A program made the position numbers and the translations under genes. A model generated the notes under the pieces. It saw nothing but the letters and a program-made list of their open reading frames with translations. It was not told the origin of the DNA and made no database searches. DNA of 31,552 nt from Candidatus Woesearchaeota archaeon (GTDB lineage: Archaea; Nanobdellota; Nanobdellia; Woesearchaeales; JAGVYF01): assembly GCA_016211195.1 (NCBI GenBank), contig JACQSS010000011.1, positions 1 to 31,552 of the forward strand, read 5' to 3'. Of the stretch, positions 23,097 to 30,786 are shown piece after piece. How positions within the stretch are numbered: the stretch's first letter is position 1; the number at the start of each line of letters is the position of its first letter.

Positions 23097-23468
23097 ATGT
23101 CATGCGGTGCATTCACGTTGTATGGGCAGCTCTGTGGTGTGGATGGCGGGAAACCATCATATGCCCGTAGTGCTGAGTGCTGTCAGTCCACGTTTGCAGA
23201 CGTTTATGCACACGTATCGCCCTACGAAGCCACAGTGCAGAAAGATGTTGCTCATCAAGCAGAGGACTGCTGGAAGCCAGTCCTTTACGTTCAGAAAGAG
23301 ACGCCTATCCTGCCAGCACGGGAACTCGGGTTCACTTACCATCCAACACTTGACCTTGCGCTTAGTTATATGGCCTCGTCGAAAAAAGAAACGTGGGAAC
23401 AAGAACGGGACCAGCTTGAAGAGCTGATTGCCCGGGAGAAAAAACGATGCAGCACGACGACTTGCTAA
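23097..23468 (+). CDS. Hypothetical Cys-containing protein (123 aa)
   Basis: ATG 23097 is preceded by AGGTGA at 4-nt spacing. The 3' end overlaps the AAA ATPase start by 22 nt. The C-terminus WEQERDQLEELIAREKKR looks like an amphipathic helix. Confidence 0.5.
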   Translation: MSCGAFTLYGQLCGVDGGKPSYARSAECCQSTFADVYAHVSPYEATVQKDVAHQAEDCWKPVLYVQKETPILPARELGFTYHPTLDLALSYMASSKKETWEQERDQLEELIAREKKRCSTTTC

Positions 23469-24535
23469 AAAAGGCGCAGGAAAGAGAACTTCTTGCAGGT
23501 GAAGTAGTTGAGCATGAGGAGAGAAAAGCCCTGCTTCTGGAGGCTGCTGATATCTATATCACATTATCAAAGGTCTGTGCAGCAGGCCTTGCCCAGACAT
23601 ACGTCCAACGTGCCAAAGAATGCTATGTCGCATCGCAGCAGCAGCCTAAAAAATCATATCGCCCTCTTATTGTCGAGGAGAAGAAATTGTCATTCGATGA
23701 CGTTGCAGGTTTGGAGCAAGTCAAGGAGAAAATCCGGCTGAAGATTATAGAACCTTTCCGGCACCCAGACCTCTACGCATATTATGGGAAAAAGGTTGGA
23801 GGGGGTATTCTTATGTACGGGCCTCCGGGTTGTGGAAAAACTCTGATAGCAGAAGCTGCGGCGCATGAAGCCGGTTGTTCATTCTTTGTTGCCAATGTGA
23901 GTAACCTGACCAGCAAATATGTGGGTGAAACGGAAAAGAATATCTCCAGTCTCTTTGCACAGGCGCGGGAAGCTGCGCCCAGTATCATCTTCTTTGATGA
24001 GCTTGAAGCCCTGGGTAGTGAGCGGAGCACTGCACAGGAATATGCCCGGACTGCAGTCAGCCAATTGCTCGTTGAAATCAATGGTCTGGGAAACCGCGAC
24101 CAACGTATCCTGCTGATTGGTGCAACCAATGAACCATGGAATGTGGATATCGCATTGCGGCGGGCAGGACGATTCGGGGATCCTCTTTTTGTCCCCCCCC
24201 CAGACTTCAAGACACGGTACAAACTTGTCAAGCAGTATCTCACATTAAAGCCTGTCGCGGGTGATGTCAATGGTATTGCCATTGCTATTGAGACTGAAGG
24301 ATATTCTGGCGCAGACCTTGTGGAGCTGTGCGATAACGCCATTGAGATCGCGTTGCGGGATTCGCTCGCCAGCAAAAAGCCACGTCAGGTAACGATGGAT
24401 GATTTCATTGCTGTGCTTTCAGGCAAACGGGCAGCAACTGTGAATTGGTTCAGGATGGCATTGCAGGAGTTGAAGAAGGATGATACACTCTTTGGTGAGA
24501 TCATGCAGCACAGCCGTCGGCTGGTGGCGATATGA
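23447..24535 (+). CDS. Single-domain AAA+ ATPase (Vps4/CDC48-like) with a helical, possibly MIT-like, N-terminal domain
   Basis: Walker A GPPGCGKT, Walker B IIFFDELEAL, SKYVGETEK, second region of homology GATNEPWNVDIALRRAGRFG. The N-terminal ~65 aa are helical. Confidence 0.85.
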   Translation: MQHDDLLKKAQERELLAGEVVEHEERKALLLEAADIYITLSKVCAAGLAQTYVQRAKECYVASQQQPKKSYRPLIVEEKKLSFDDVAGLEQVKEKIRLKIIEPFRHPDLYAYYGKKVGGGILMYGPPGCGKTLIAEAAAHEAGCSFFVANVSNLTSKYVGETEKNISSLFAQAREAAPSIIFFDELEALGSERSTAQEYARTAVSQLLVEINGLGNRDQRILLIGATNEPWNVDIALRRAGRFGDPLFVPPPDFKTRYKLVKQYLTLKPVAGDVNGIAIAIETEGYSGADLVELCDNAIEIALRDSLASKKPRQVTMDDFIAVLSGKRAATVNWFRMALQELKKDDTLFGEIMQHSRRLVAI

Positions 24536-25443
24536 AGAGTATTGTGTTCCTGCTTCAGGCAGGCTGCAATGAACGATGTCTTTTTTGCTTTAACCATTGG
24601 CGTGAACATGGGCAGATGGCCACATTGTCTCCTGCAGAAAAAAGACGGGCGATTGACAGCGTCATTGCCTTAGCACCATCAATGATAACGTTGTCTGGTG
24701 GAGAGCCATTGCTTGACAAAGGGTTGCCGTCTCTTGTTGATTATATCCGTCAAAAGGCGCCGCAGCTGCCGCTATCCATCCAGACAAATGGTACACTCTT
24801 GACACCAGAGCTTGCAGCCCGGTTCCGGACAGTGAACTATTTTTTCATTTCCTTGCATGGTCCGGAAAAGATACATAATGAACTGACACGGGGACCTTTC
24901 TTTCACAAGACAATGCAAGGTATACGCATTGCGGCTGCAGCAGGCATCCCCGTTGTTCTCAATACGGTTGTGACACGAGCCAATATCGTATCCCTTCCCA
25001 TGTTCCTCAAGGAATGCGCACAGCTTGGCATTGCTGCGCTCCAATTATCTGCTCTGTACGCAGCAGGGGTGGCGCGTAGTCGTCATTATCTTTTTCCAAG
25101 TATGGCTCAGCAAAGGGAACTTGTGCAGGCCGTTTCCTTTCTTTCCCTGCCCTACCACGTTACCTTCCACGCATTTGAGAAGCATCTCCTTCAGGGAACT
25201 CCTTTTCATGCTGACCACTGCGGTGCTGGTGATGAGGAAATAGCCATCCAACCAAATGGGGATGTGACACTCTGTCCAGCGTGGGAGCAGACGTATGGCA
25301 ACATCATGCTGGATGATTGGTCTGTTATTGAGCAGCAGATGAAGTGGGGTCTTGCGCAGGAGAAGCCGATTATTTCAGCATGTCAGGACTGCGGTGGCTG
25401 TGCGCTTTCACGCAAGGCAGCAATCATGGAGCAGTCAGGATAA
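24532..25443 (+). CDS. Radical SAM enzyme with a C-terminal SPASM/twitch-type Cys cluster
   Basis: CNERCLFC (CxxxCxxC) at residues ~12-19, GGEPLL, and a C-terminal CGAG...NGDVTLCP...CQDCGGC. The ATGA overlaps the AAA gene stop. Confidence 0.8.
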   Translation: MKSIVFLLQAGCNERCLFCFNHWREHGQMATLSPAEKRRAIDSVIALAPSMITLSGGEPLLDKGLPSLVDYIRQKAPQLPLSIQTNGTLLTPELAARFRTVNYFFISLHGPEKIHNELTRGPFFHKTMQGIRIAAAAGIPVVLNTVVTRANIVSLPMFLKECAQLGIAALQLSALYAAGVARSRHYLFPSMAQQRELVQAVSFLSLPYHVTFHAFEKHLLQGTPFHADHCGAGDEEIAIQPNGDVTLCPAWEQTYGNIMLDDWSVIEQQMKWGLAQEKPIISACQDCGGCALSRKAAIMEQSG

Positions 25444-26018
25444 TCTTTTTCAGGTGCCAGCTGGTCACGGGGACCGACAAACAATACGCGAAATCCATAC
25501 TGTCGAAGCAGTGCCAGAATCTCCTTTTGCCATGGGCGATAGAAAGGGCATCTGAATTGCTGGGATGAGCCTGCATGGATGACCCAATCCAGGATGCCCT
25601 GCTGATACCATTTGCGCTGCTCGATGGTGAAGAGAAAAATGCCATTAGGCACCAGCACGCGGCTCACCTCCCTGATGCACATTGCCTGCAGGTGTGGCGT
25701 GAGATGACACAATCCGTTGTATGAAAATAATGCATTCTCAAAACTGCCGGGGATAAAAGGGAGCTGTGCTGCATTGCCAATAACGGATCGGGGAAAATGG
25801 GCTTGAGCGAGCATGGCATTAGACAAATCCAGCGCAACCGGCTGATATCCTGCACGTTCAAGACAGTGCGTTGTCCTGCCTGTCCCGGCACCGAGATCAA
25901 GAGTCCTGCCACGTCTGAAATAGCGCCTGATGAGTATTTCTTCAGTAGCCCAAAGTTTTTTTCTGGCTGCGTACAGGGCAATAACTTCCGGATTTGAGTA
26001 TGCCTCACGAACGCTCAT
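25383..26018 (-). CDS. Class I SAM-dependent methyltransferase
   Basis: Motif I TLDLGAGTGRTT and post-I ALDLSNAML. The ATGA overlaps the kae1 stop. The 3' end overlaps the convergent radical-SAM gene by 61 nt. Confidence 0.75.
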   Translation of the reverse strand: MSVREAYSNPEVIALYAARKKLWATEEILIRRYFRRGRTLDLGAGTGRTTHCLERAGYQPVALDLSNAMLAQAHFPRSVIGNAAQLPFIPGSFENALFSYNGLCHLTPHLQAMCIREVSRVLVPNGIFLFTIEQRKWYQQGILDWVIHAGSSQQFRCPFYRPWQKEILALLRQYGFRVLFVGPRDQLAPEKDYPDCSMIAALRESAQPPQS

Positions 26019-27037
26019 GACCAGATAACCTCAACCTCGTCTGTGCGCCAATACGGTAATACTTTTGACTGCTCGACTGGTGTTGTTATCCCGGCTTTGT
26101 GCTCAAGGGTGCCAAGCCACGCGATCATCGCAGCATTATCAACAAGGAATTCATTTGCAGGGACAAAGCACTGCGCATTCCTTTCTCTGCACATTTGTTT
26201 CGCCATATCCTGTAACCGGACGTTGCATGCAACGCCACCACCCAGCAGAAGTTCATTTTTTCCCGTGTGTGCCATGGCCCGTTCAGACACTTCAAGCAGC
26301 ATGGCAAAGACCGTTTCCTGTGCAGAATATGCAAGATCTTCTTTGCTGTATTGGTGCGAATCATATTTCTGTTTCAGGTTGGTCAAAATGCCACCGAAGC
26401 TGAGGTCCATCCCTTTGACGACGTACGGCAGCTCGATGAAATTCTTTCCCTTGCATGCAAGCTCATAGATTTTTGGCCCGCCCGGAAAACCCAATCCCAT
26501 GTACCGTGCGAATTGGTCAAGGAAATTGCCCACACCGATATCTAGCGTTTCACCGAAGATCCGATAGCGTCCTCCCTCTAATGCAATGACTTGTGTATTG
26601 GCGCCGGACGCATAGAGCAGCACCGGATCTTTTGCCTCTGTCTTGAGGCGGCCTATCTCCAGATGTGCAATACAATGATTGACGCCAATAAGTGGTTTTT
26701 TGTGCAATGACGCAAGAACCCGTGCAACAAATGTCCCTACCGTGAGGCAATTGCCAATGCCGGGACCCTGCGAAAAGGCAATGAGGTCGATGTCCTTCAT
26801 CGAACATTGTGCTTTCTCCAGTGCCTTTTTAACGACTGTACCACAGACTTCAACGTGGTGGTCTGCGACTGCAGCAGGGATCATGCCACCTTCTTCAATC
26901 TGCACAGCGTCTTTCATATTGGCACGGACCTCGCCCTTATCTGTTACGATAGCGACGCCAAACGTATGCGCAGTTGTTTCAATGCCGAGGCAGTTCATCT
27001 TCTGCAGAATTGAGGGATTATTTTTAAAACTGCCCAT
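26015..27037 (-). CDS. kae1: Kae1, the tRNA N6-adenosine threonylcarbamoyltransferase (KEOPS catalytic subunit)
   Basis: CLGIETTAHTFGVAIV, metal-binding HCIAHLEIG, and an ASKHA-fold pattern (LLLGGGVACN). 340 aa. Confidence 0.9.
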   Translation of the reverse strand: MGSFKNNPSILQKMNCLGIETTAHTFGVAIVTDKGEVRANMKDAVQIEEGGMIPAAVADHHVEVCGTVVKKALEKAQCSMKDIDLIAFSQGPGIGNCLTVGTFVARVLASLHKKPLIGVNHCIAHLEIGRLKTEAKDPVLLYASGANTQVIALEGGRYRIFGETLDIGVGNFLDQFARYMGLGFPGGPKIYELACKGKNFIELPYVVKGMDLSFGGILTNLKQKYDSHQYSKEDLAYSAQETVFAMLLEVSERAMAHTGKNELLLGGGVACNVRLQDMAKQMCRERNAQCFVPANEFLVDNAAMIAWLGTLEHKAGITTPVEQSKVLPYWRTDEVEVIWS

Positions 27038-27613
27038 CTATTTGAGTAGCTTTCTGTATTTTGCCACGTCCAAAGCAGCCATTTCCTGTTGCACTATCTC
27101 TTCCCAATGGTGGAGCCGTCCTTCAGCAAATCCCTTGTCGGGAAACGGCAGGCTATGGATGATGGTCCCATTGACCTTCGCGACTAGAAACGACAAAGGC
27201 TGCTTTGAGTTTCTCTGGAGGCCAATTGTTGTATTCATTTGTTTGTCGTGGAATATTTTTGTATAATCAAGACCATCGTGCACCACCCATGTGACTTCTT
27301 CCGGCTCGCCAAATGTTTGTGTCTCCTCGTCGTAAGGAGTTTCTATCCAACCAGTGGTGAAGGGCTCAAGTGCGATGTCAATGGTTAGGGACGGAAGATA
27401 TAATTCTGGCGTCAGTTGATCCCCATAGAATCGTTGCTGCAATGCGAGTGAAATAAGGTCCGATGCAAACGCAACGCGTTCCCTGCTACAATAAGTAACA
27501 GTCTTCTTTTCTTGCTGTGCTCGGAGGATAAATGAACCATCTGCCTGGAGAAGATACTCGACAGATTCATACCGTCTTCCAAAGAAAGCCAAAATCTTCT
27601 CTCTCAGTCCCAT
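27038..27613 (-). CDS. Hypothetical protein (191 aa) directly abutting kae1
   Basis: Its stop TAG is immediately followed by the kae1 ATG. ATG 27613 lies 23 nt from a TATA-like ATTATAAG, and the TTG at 27622 in the ORF track is less likely. No motif recognised. Confidence 0.6.
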   Translation of the reverse strand: MGLREKILAFFGRRYESVEYLLQADGSFILRAQQEKKTVTYCSRERVAFASDLISLALQQRFYGDQLTPELYLPSLTIDIALEPFTTGWIETPYDEETQTFGEPEEVTWVVHDGLDYTKIFHDKQMNTTIGLQRNSKQPLSFLVAKVNGTIIHSLPFPDKGFAEGRLHHWEEIVQQEMAALDVAKYRKLLK

Positions 27614-27635
27614 GTGGAGCAAGAATGTGGGGATA

Positions 27636-27643
27636 CTTATAAT
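27636..27643 (-). promoter_or_regulatory. TATA-like element (ATTATAAG on the minus strand) upstream of the 191-aa ORF/kae1
   Basis: Lies 23 nt from ATG 27613, just downstream of the ABC gene stop. Confidence 0.35.
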
Positions 27644-27644
27644 C

Positions 27645-29753
27645 CTACTTCATTATTTCGTGTATCTGCTCTGGCCCTGAGATTACTTGATAGCCGAAAA
27701 CAGGACCTTGCACATGCTTCATCACTTTCTCAATGAGCTGTTTTGTCTTGTGCTCAGCAGCGTCAATTCCTATCTCGGGCATGACAATATAATAACTAAA
27801 CTGTGAGCGCGGTACCTTTGTCATGAAATCAATTGGCCTCAGGTCAGCTTCGATGATTGCTTCAATCCTTGTTATCAGGGACAATGCCTCATCCCGCTTC
27901 ATTGTCTGGAGAATGCGTTCGAAATTGGTGATATTCAGCATGATAAGTGACAACGGTTTTCCGCTCTCGTGCGTGCGCTTCCATTCAGCAGAGAGCTGCT
28001 CCTTGAAGTTATTGAGGCCGCGTGCCTGCGTATGGTAGAACTGGTAAAAGAATCCATGTCGCTCCAGTAGTTTGGTGAATGTGCCTTGTTCGGCCACAAC
28101 ACCATCCTGCAGAAAGACAATCTTATCAACATTCTTGATTGTTGACAAACGGTGGGCAATGATGATTGTTGTCTTGCCCCGGGTGGCATACTCCAATGCT
28201 TCCTGTATCTTCTCTTCAGACTCAGAATCGAGAGAAGATGTGGCCTCGTCAAGGACGATAATCTTCGGGTTTTTCAAGATTGTCCGTGCAATGGAGATGC
28301 GCTGTTTCTGTCCGCCGGAGAGATTGACACCCCGCTCGCCTACAATCGTATTGTATCCCTTTCTGAGCTTCGCGATAAAATCATGGATGTTGGCAAGCCG
28401 TGCAGCTTGTTCTATTTCTTCGTCGGTCGCATCCAGTTTGCCCAGCCGGATATTCTCTTTGATGGTGGCATTAAACAAAATGGTCTCCTGTGAAACATAT
28501 CCAATATTACGTCGCAGGGCTGCAAGTTGTACGTCACGTAGATCTTTTCCATCCAGTGTGATTTTGCCCTGTGCCGGGTCATAGAACCGTGCAATAAGGT
28601 TGGCAATCGTTGTCTTGCCTGAACCTGATGGCCCAACCAAACCCACTGCTTGTCCTGACTTTACCACGAAACTGACATCCTGCAGCACCGGTGCAGTTGG
28701 TTGATAGGAAAAACCAACGTGCTGCAAAGTAACTGCACCCTTGATCAGTCCTAGGGGGCGAGCATTTTTCTTCTCGACGACTTTTGGTTTCGTGTCCAGA
28801 AATTCGAAGACTCTGTTCACGGAAACCATTGTTGACTGGATCGCGATATTGATGCTGCCTAATTCAGAGATAGGACCGAATAGCTTTCCAATATATGTGT
28901 ACAGTGCCATCAGTGCACCGACAGAGATGACATCCTTGATAACCATGTAGCTGCCGTACCACAGGATGATGATCAGTGGAGTGAACGTAATAAGCCCCAC
29001 AACAGTGCCGCTATAGCTTTGGAGAAGGCTGAGGTCCAGATTTAGGTTGATGAGCTTCGTATTTTTTTTCTTGTAGCGCTCGAGCGCGACATTTTCCAGC
29101 ACAAACGACTTTATTGCCTGAATGCTGGTAATGTTCTCCTGCAAGAAGCTAAGCAGGTCACTGGCCCTGTTGATAAGGATCTGTTTTTTCTTACGTACCA
29201 GCTTCCCAAAGTACTTCTGGCTCACGACGTAAAATGGGAAAAAAGCCAATGATGCAAGTGTCACCTGCCAGTTGAGGGAGAGGCAGATGGCGAGAATAAA
29301 AATAGTTGTCAGGACATTCATCAGGATGGAATCAACCACAATGCCGATGAATGATTCAATGCCATAGACGTCATCGTCCAGACGGACAAGAATGTCCCCT
29401 ATCTTGCGCGTATGGAAAAAGCCCAAGTCCAGGTTTTCCAAATGCTCAAACAGCTTGGTCTTGACATCAAACACGATGTTTTCCGCGAGGAGTGTGGTCT
29501 GATAGGACGTGTAGATTTGCACGAAACTCTTGAGGAAGAACAATGCAATGAAGAGGAGCATAAGATAATAGAGAAGATTGAAATCTTTTCTGATGAGAAT
29601 GTCATCTATAAGGATCTTGACAAGGTACGGGCTGACTAAAGACAACGCAGTGAGAAAGGTGGCAATAACAAAGAGCCACAGGATAAGCCCTTTGTAGGGC
29701 GCGGCAAACCGCATGATGCGCCTGAATTTTTGATAGTAGTACCTGAATGCCAT
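27645..29753 (-). CDS. ABC exporter (fused TMD-NBD, MsbA-like) with a ~126-aa C-terminal degenerate GGDEF-like extension
   Basis: Six-TM ABC_membrane region, Walker A GPSGSGKTT, signature LSGGQKQR, Walker B IIVLDEATSSLD, H-loop IIIAHRL. The tail starts after ...FYQFYHTQ. Confidence 0.85.
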   Translation of the reverse strand: MAFRYYYQKFRRIMRFAAPYKGLILWLFVIATFLTALSLVSPYLVKILIDDILIRKDFNLLYYLMLLFIALFFLKSFVQIYTSYQTTLLAENIVFDVKTKLFEHLENLDLGFFHTRKIGDILVRLDDDVYGIESFIGIVVDSILMNVLTTIFILAICLSLNWQVTLASLAFFPFYVVSQKYFGKLVRKKKQILINRASDLLSFLQENITSIQAIKSFVLENVALERYKKKNTKLINLNLDLSLLQSYSGTVVGLITFTPLIIILWYGSYMVIKDVISVGALMALYTYIGKLFGPISELGSINIAIQSTMVSVNRVFEFLDTKPKVVEKKNARPLGLIKGAVTLQHVGFSYQPTAPVLQDVSFVVKSGQAVGLVGPSGSGKTTIANLIARFYDPAQGKITLDGKDLRDVQLAALRRNIGYVSQETILFNATIKENIRLGKLDATDEEIEQAARLANIHDFIAKLRKGYNTIVGERGVNLSGGQKQRISIARTILKNPKIIVLDEATSSLDSESEEKIQEALEYATRGKTTIIIAHRLSTIKNVDKIVFLQDGVVAEQGTFTKLLERHGFFYQFYHTQARGLNNFKEQLSAEWKRTHESGKPLSLIMLNITNFERILQTMKRDEALSLITRIEAIIEADLRPIDFMTKVPRSQFSYYIVMPEIGIDAAEHKTKQLIEKVMKHVQGPVFGYQVISGPEQIHEIMK

Positions 29754-29781
29754 CTTTTTTTAAAGAATACAGACAAAGTGC

Positions 29782-29790
29782 TTATATAAA
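29782..29790 (-). promoter_or_regulatory. TATA-like element (TTTATATAA on the minus strand) upstream of the ABC exporter gene
   Basis: Lies about 30 nt upstream of ATG 29753. Confidence 0.35.
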
Positions 29791-29874
29791 TGTTGCGACG
29801 AGGGATTCCAGTAGAAAATAAATCATCATCCCAAACAGGATAACCACGGAACCCTACCAGAAAAGAAAAAAAAT

Positions 29875-30186
29875 CTATAATTCCAGACTGAATTCGTTGC
29901 CTTTCAGGATATCGCCTGCTTTTGGCAGCTTTGTTGGTTTGACTGTGGCTTGTTTCGGTTGAACCGAGCCTCTCTTACCAGACAGTGCAGCCCATTTGCT
30001 GTCAAATGCATCAGCATCAACAAGGACATCACGTGTGACACCAGTCCCAGAAATATTCCGTATCCGGTAATATTTTCCATCAATCTTTTTACTGCCATCT
30101 AATTTCCAGTTGTTTTCCGCCATATCGTTCACCTCAGCGTATTTGGCCTCTTTTTGTTTTTCCACAGCTTTTTTGTTTATATACAT
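29875..30186 (-). CDS. Small hypothetical protein (103 aa)
   Basis: ATG 30186 is preceded by GGTGA at 5-nt spacing, so the GTG at 30195 in the ORF track is part of that SD. No family recognised. Confidence 0.55.
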   Translation of the reverse strand: MYINKKAVEKQKEAKYAEVNDMAENNWKLDGSKKIDGKYYRIRNISGTGVTRDVLVDADAFDSKWAALSGKRGSVQPKQATVKPTKLPKAGDILKGNEFSLEL

Positions 30187-30244
30187 TTCGGTCACCGTCT
30201 ATGTGTCCCTCTGCAGTAAAAACCAAAATCTTAAATAGGTGCTC

Positions 30245-30257
30245 AACAACGGTTGTT
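30245..30257. promoter_or_regulatory. 6-1-6 palindrome AACAACgGTTGTT in a divergent intergenic region, a candidate operator
   Basis: Perfect inverted hexamers between the divergently oriented small genes at 30186 (-) and 30305 (+). Confidence 0.3.
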
Positions 30258-30304
30258 CTACCTTTTCAAAAAAGAGGAAATAAAAAACGGTGAGGTGTAC
30301 GACA

Positions 30305-30517
30305 ATGGTAAGAGAACTTGCAAAAGTGAGAGGTCAGTTGGGAGACGACTATCTTAAGCTTGATGTCAGTAACAAATCTCCTGCTGCTGACTCCAGCGAG
30401 TTTAAGGTTCTGAGGAGTAAGGTTGAGAAACTCTTCCCCGGCGAAAAGAAACTGGTTGGGAAGGCAGTCTTCGTGACCAAGTGGAAAGGAAACGAAGCAG
30501 AAACTGTTGAGAAGTAA
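30305..30517 (+). CDS. Small hypothetical protein (70 aa), paralog family member P1
   Basis: ATG preceded by GGTGAGGTG. Shares GDDY.KLDV...FKVL..KV.K.FP...V.KWK with the next ORF. Confidence 0.6.
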   Translation: MVRELAKVRGQLGDDYLKLDVSNKSPAADSSEFKVLRSKVEKLFPGEKKLVGKAVFVTKWKGNEAETVEK

Positions 30518-30540
30518 TTTTCTTCTCTCTTTTTTCTTTC

Positions 30541-30786
30541 ATGTCACCGAAGACACTTACATTAGGTACTCTTGTTCGTATAAATGGTTCTTCGGGTGAT
30601 TATTTCTCATTGGATGTCATTGGGGGTATGCCTGTACTAGGCAAAGTCCCGCCGGAAAATACGCCGTTGAAAGTGCTGAAGACCACTGTCCAGAAACGCT
30701 TTCCTAGTGCACAAGACGGACTCGAGTTCAAAGTCATCAAATGGAAAAAAGATGTCGCTGTGGAAATAACTGAAATCAATGGCTAG
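30541..30786 (+). CDS. Small hypothetical protein (81 aa), paralog family member P2
   Basis: SGDYFSLDV...LKVLKTTVQKRFPS...EFKVIKWKK aligns with P1. Confidence 0.6.
   Translation: MSPKTLTLGTLVRINGSSGDYFSLDVIGGMPVLGKVPPENTPLKVLKTTVQKRFPSAQDGLEFKVIKWKKDVAVEITEING

Noticed and set aside
23447-24535. A CdvABC/ESCRT cell-division locus, based on the Vps4-like AAA ATPase.
   Set aside because: No CdvA (PRC-barrel plus coiled coil) or ESCRT-III/Snf7-like gene is recognisable nearby. The neighbouring 198-aa and 123-aa proteins do not look like ESCRT-III. The AAA domain alone cannot distinguish Vps4 from CDC48-type ATPases by eye.
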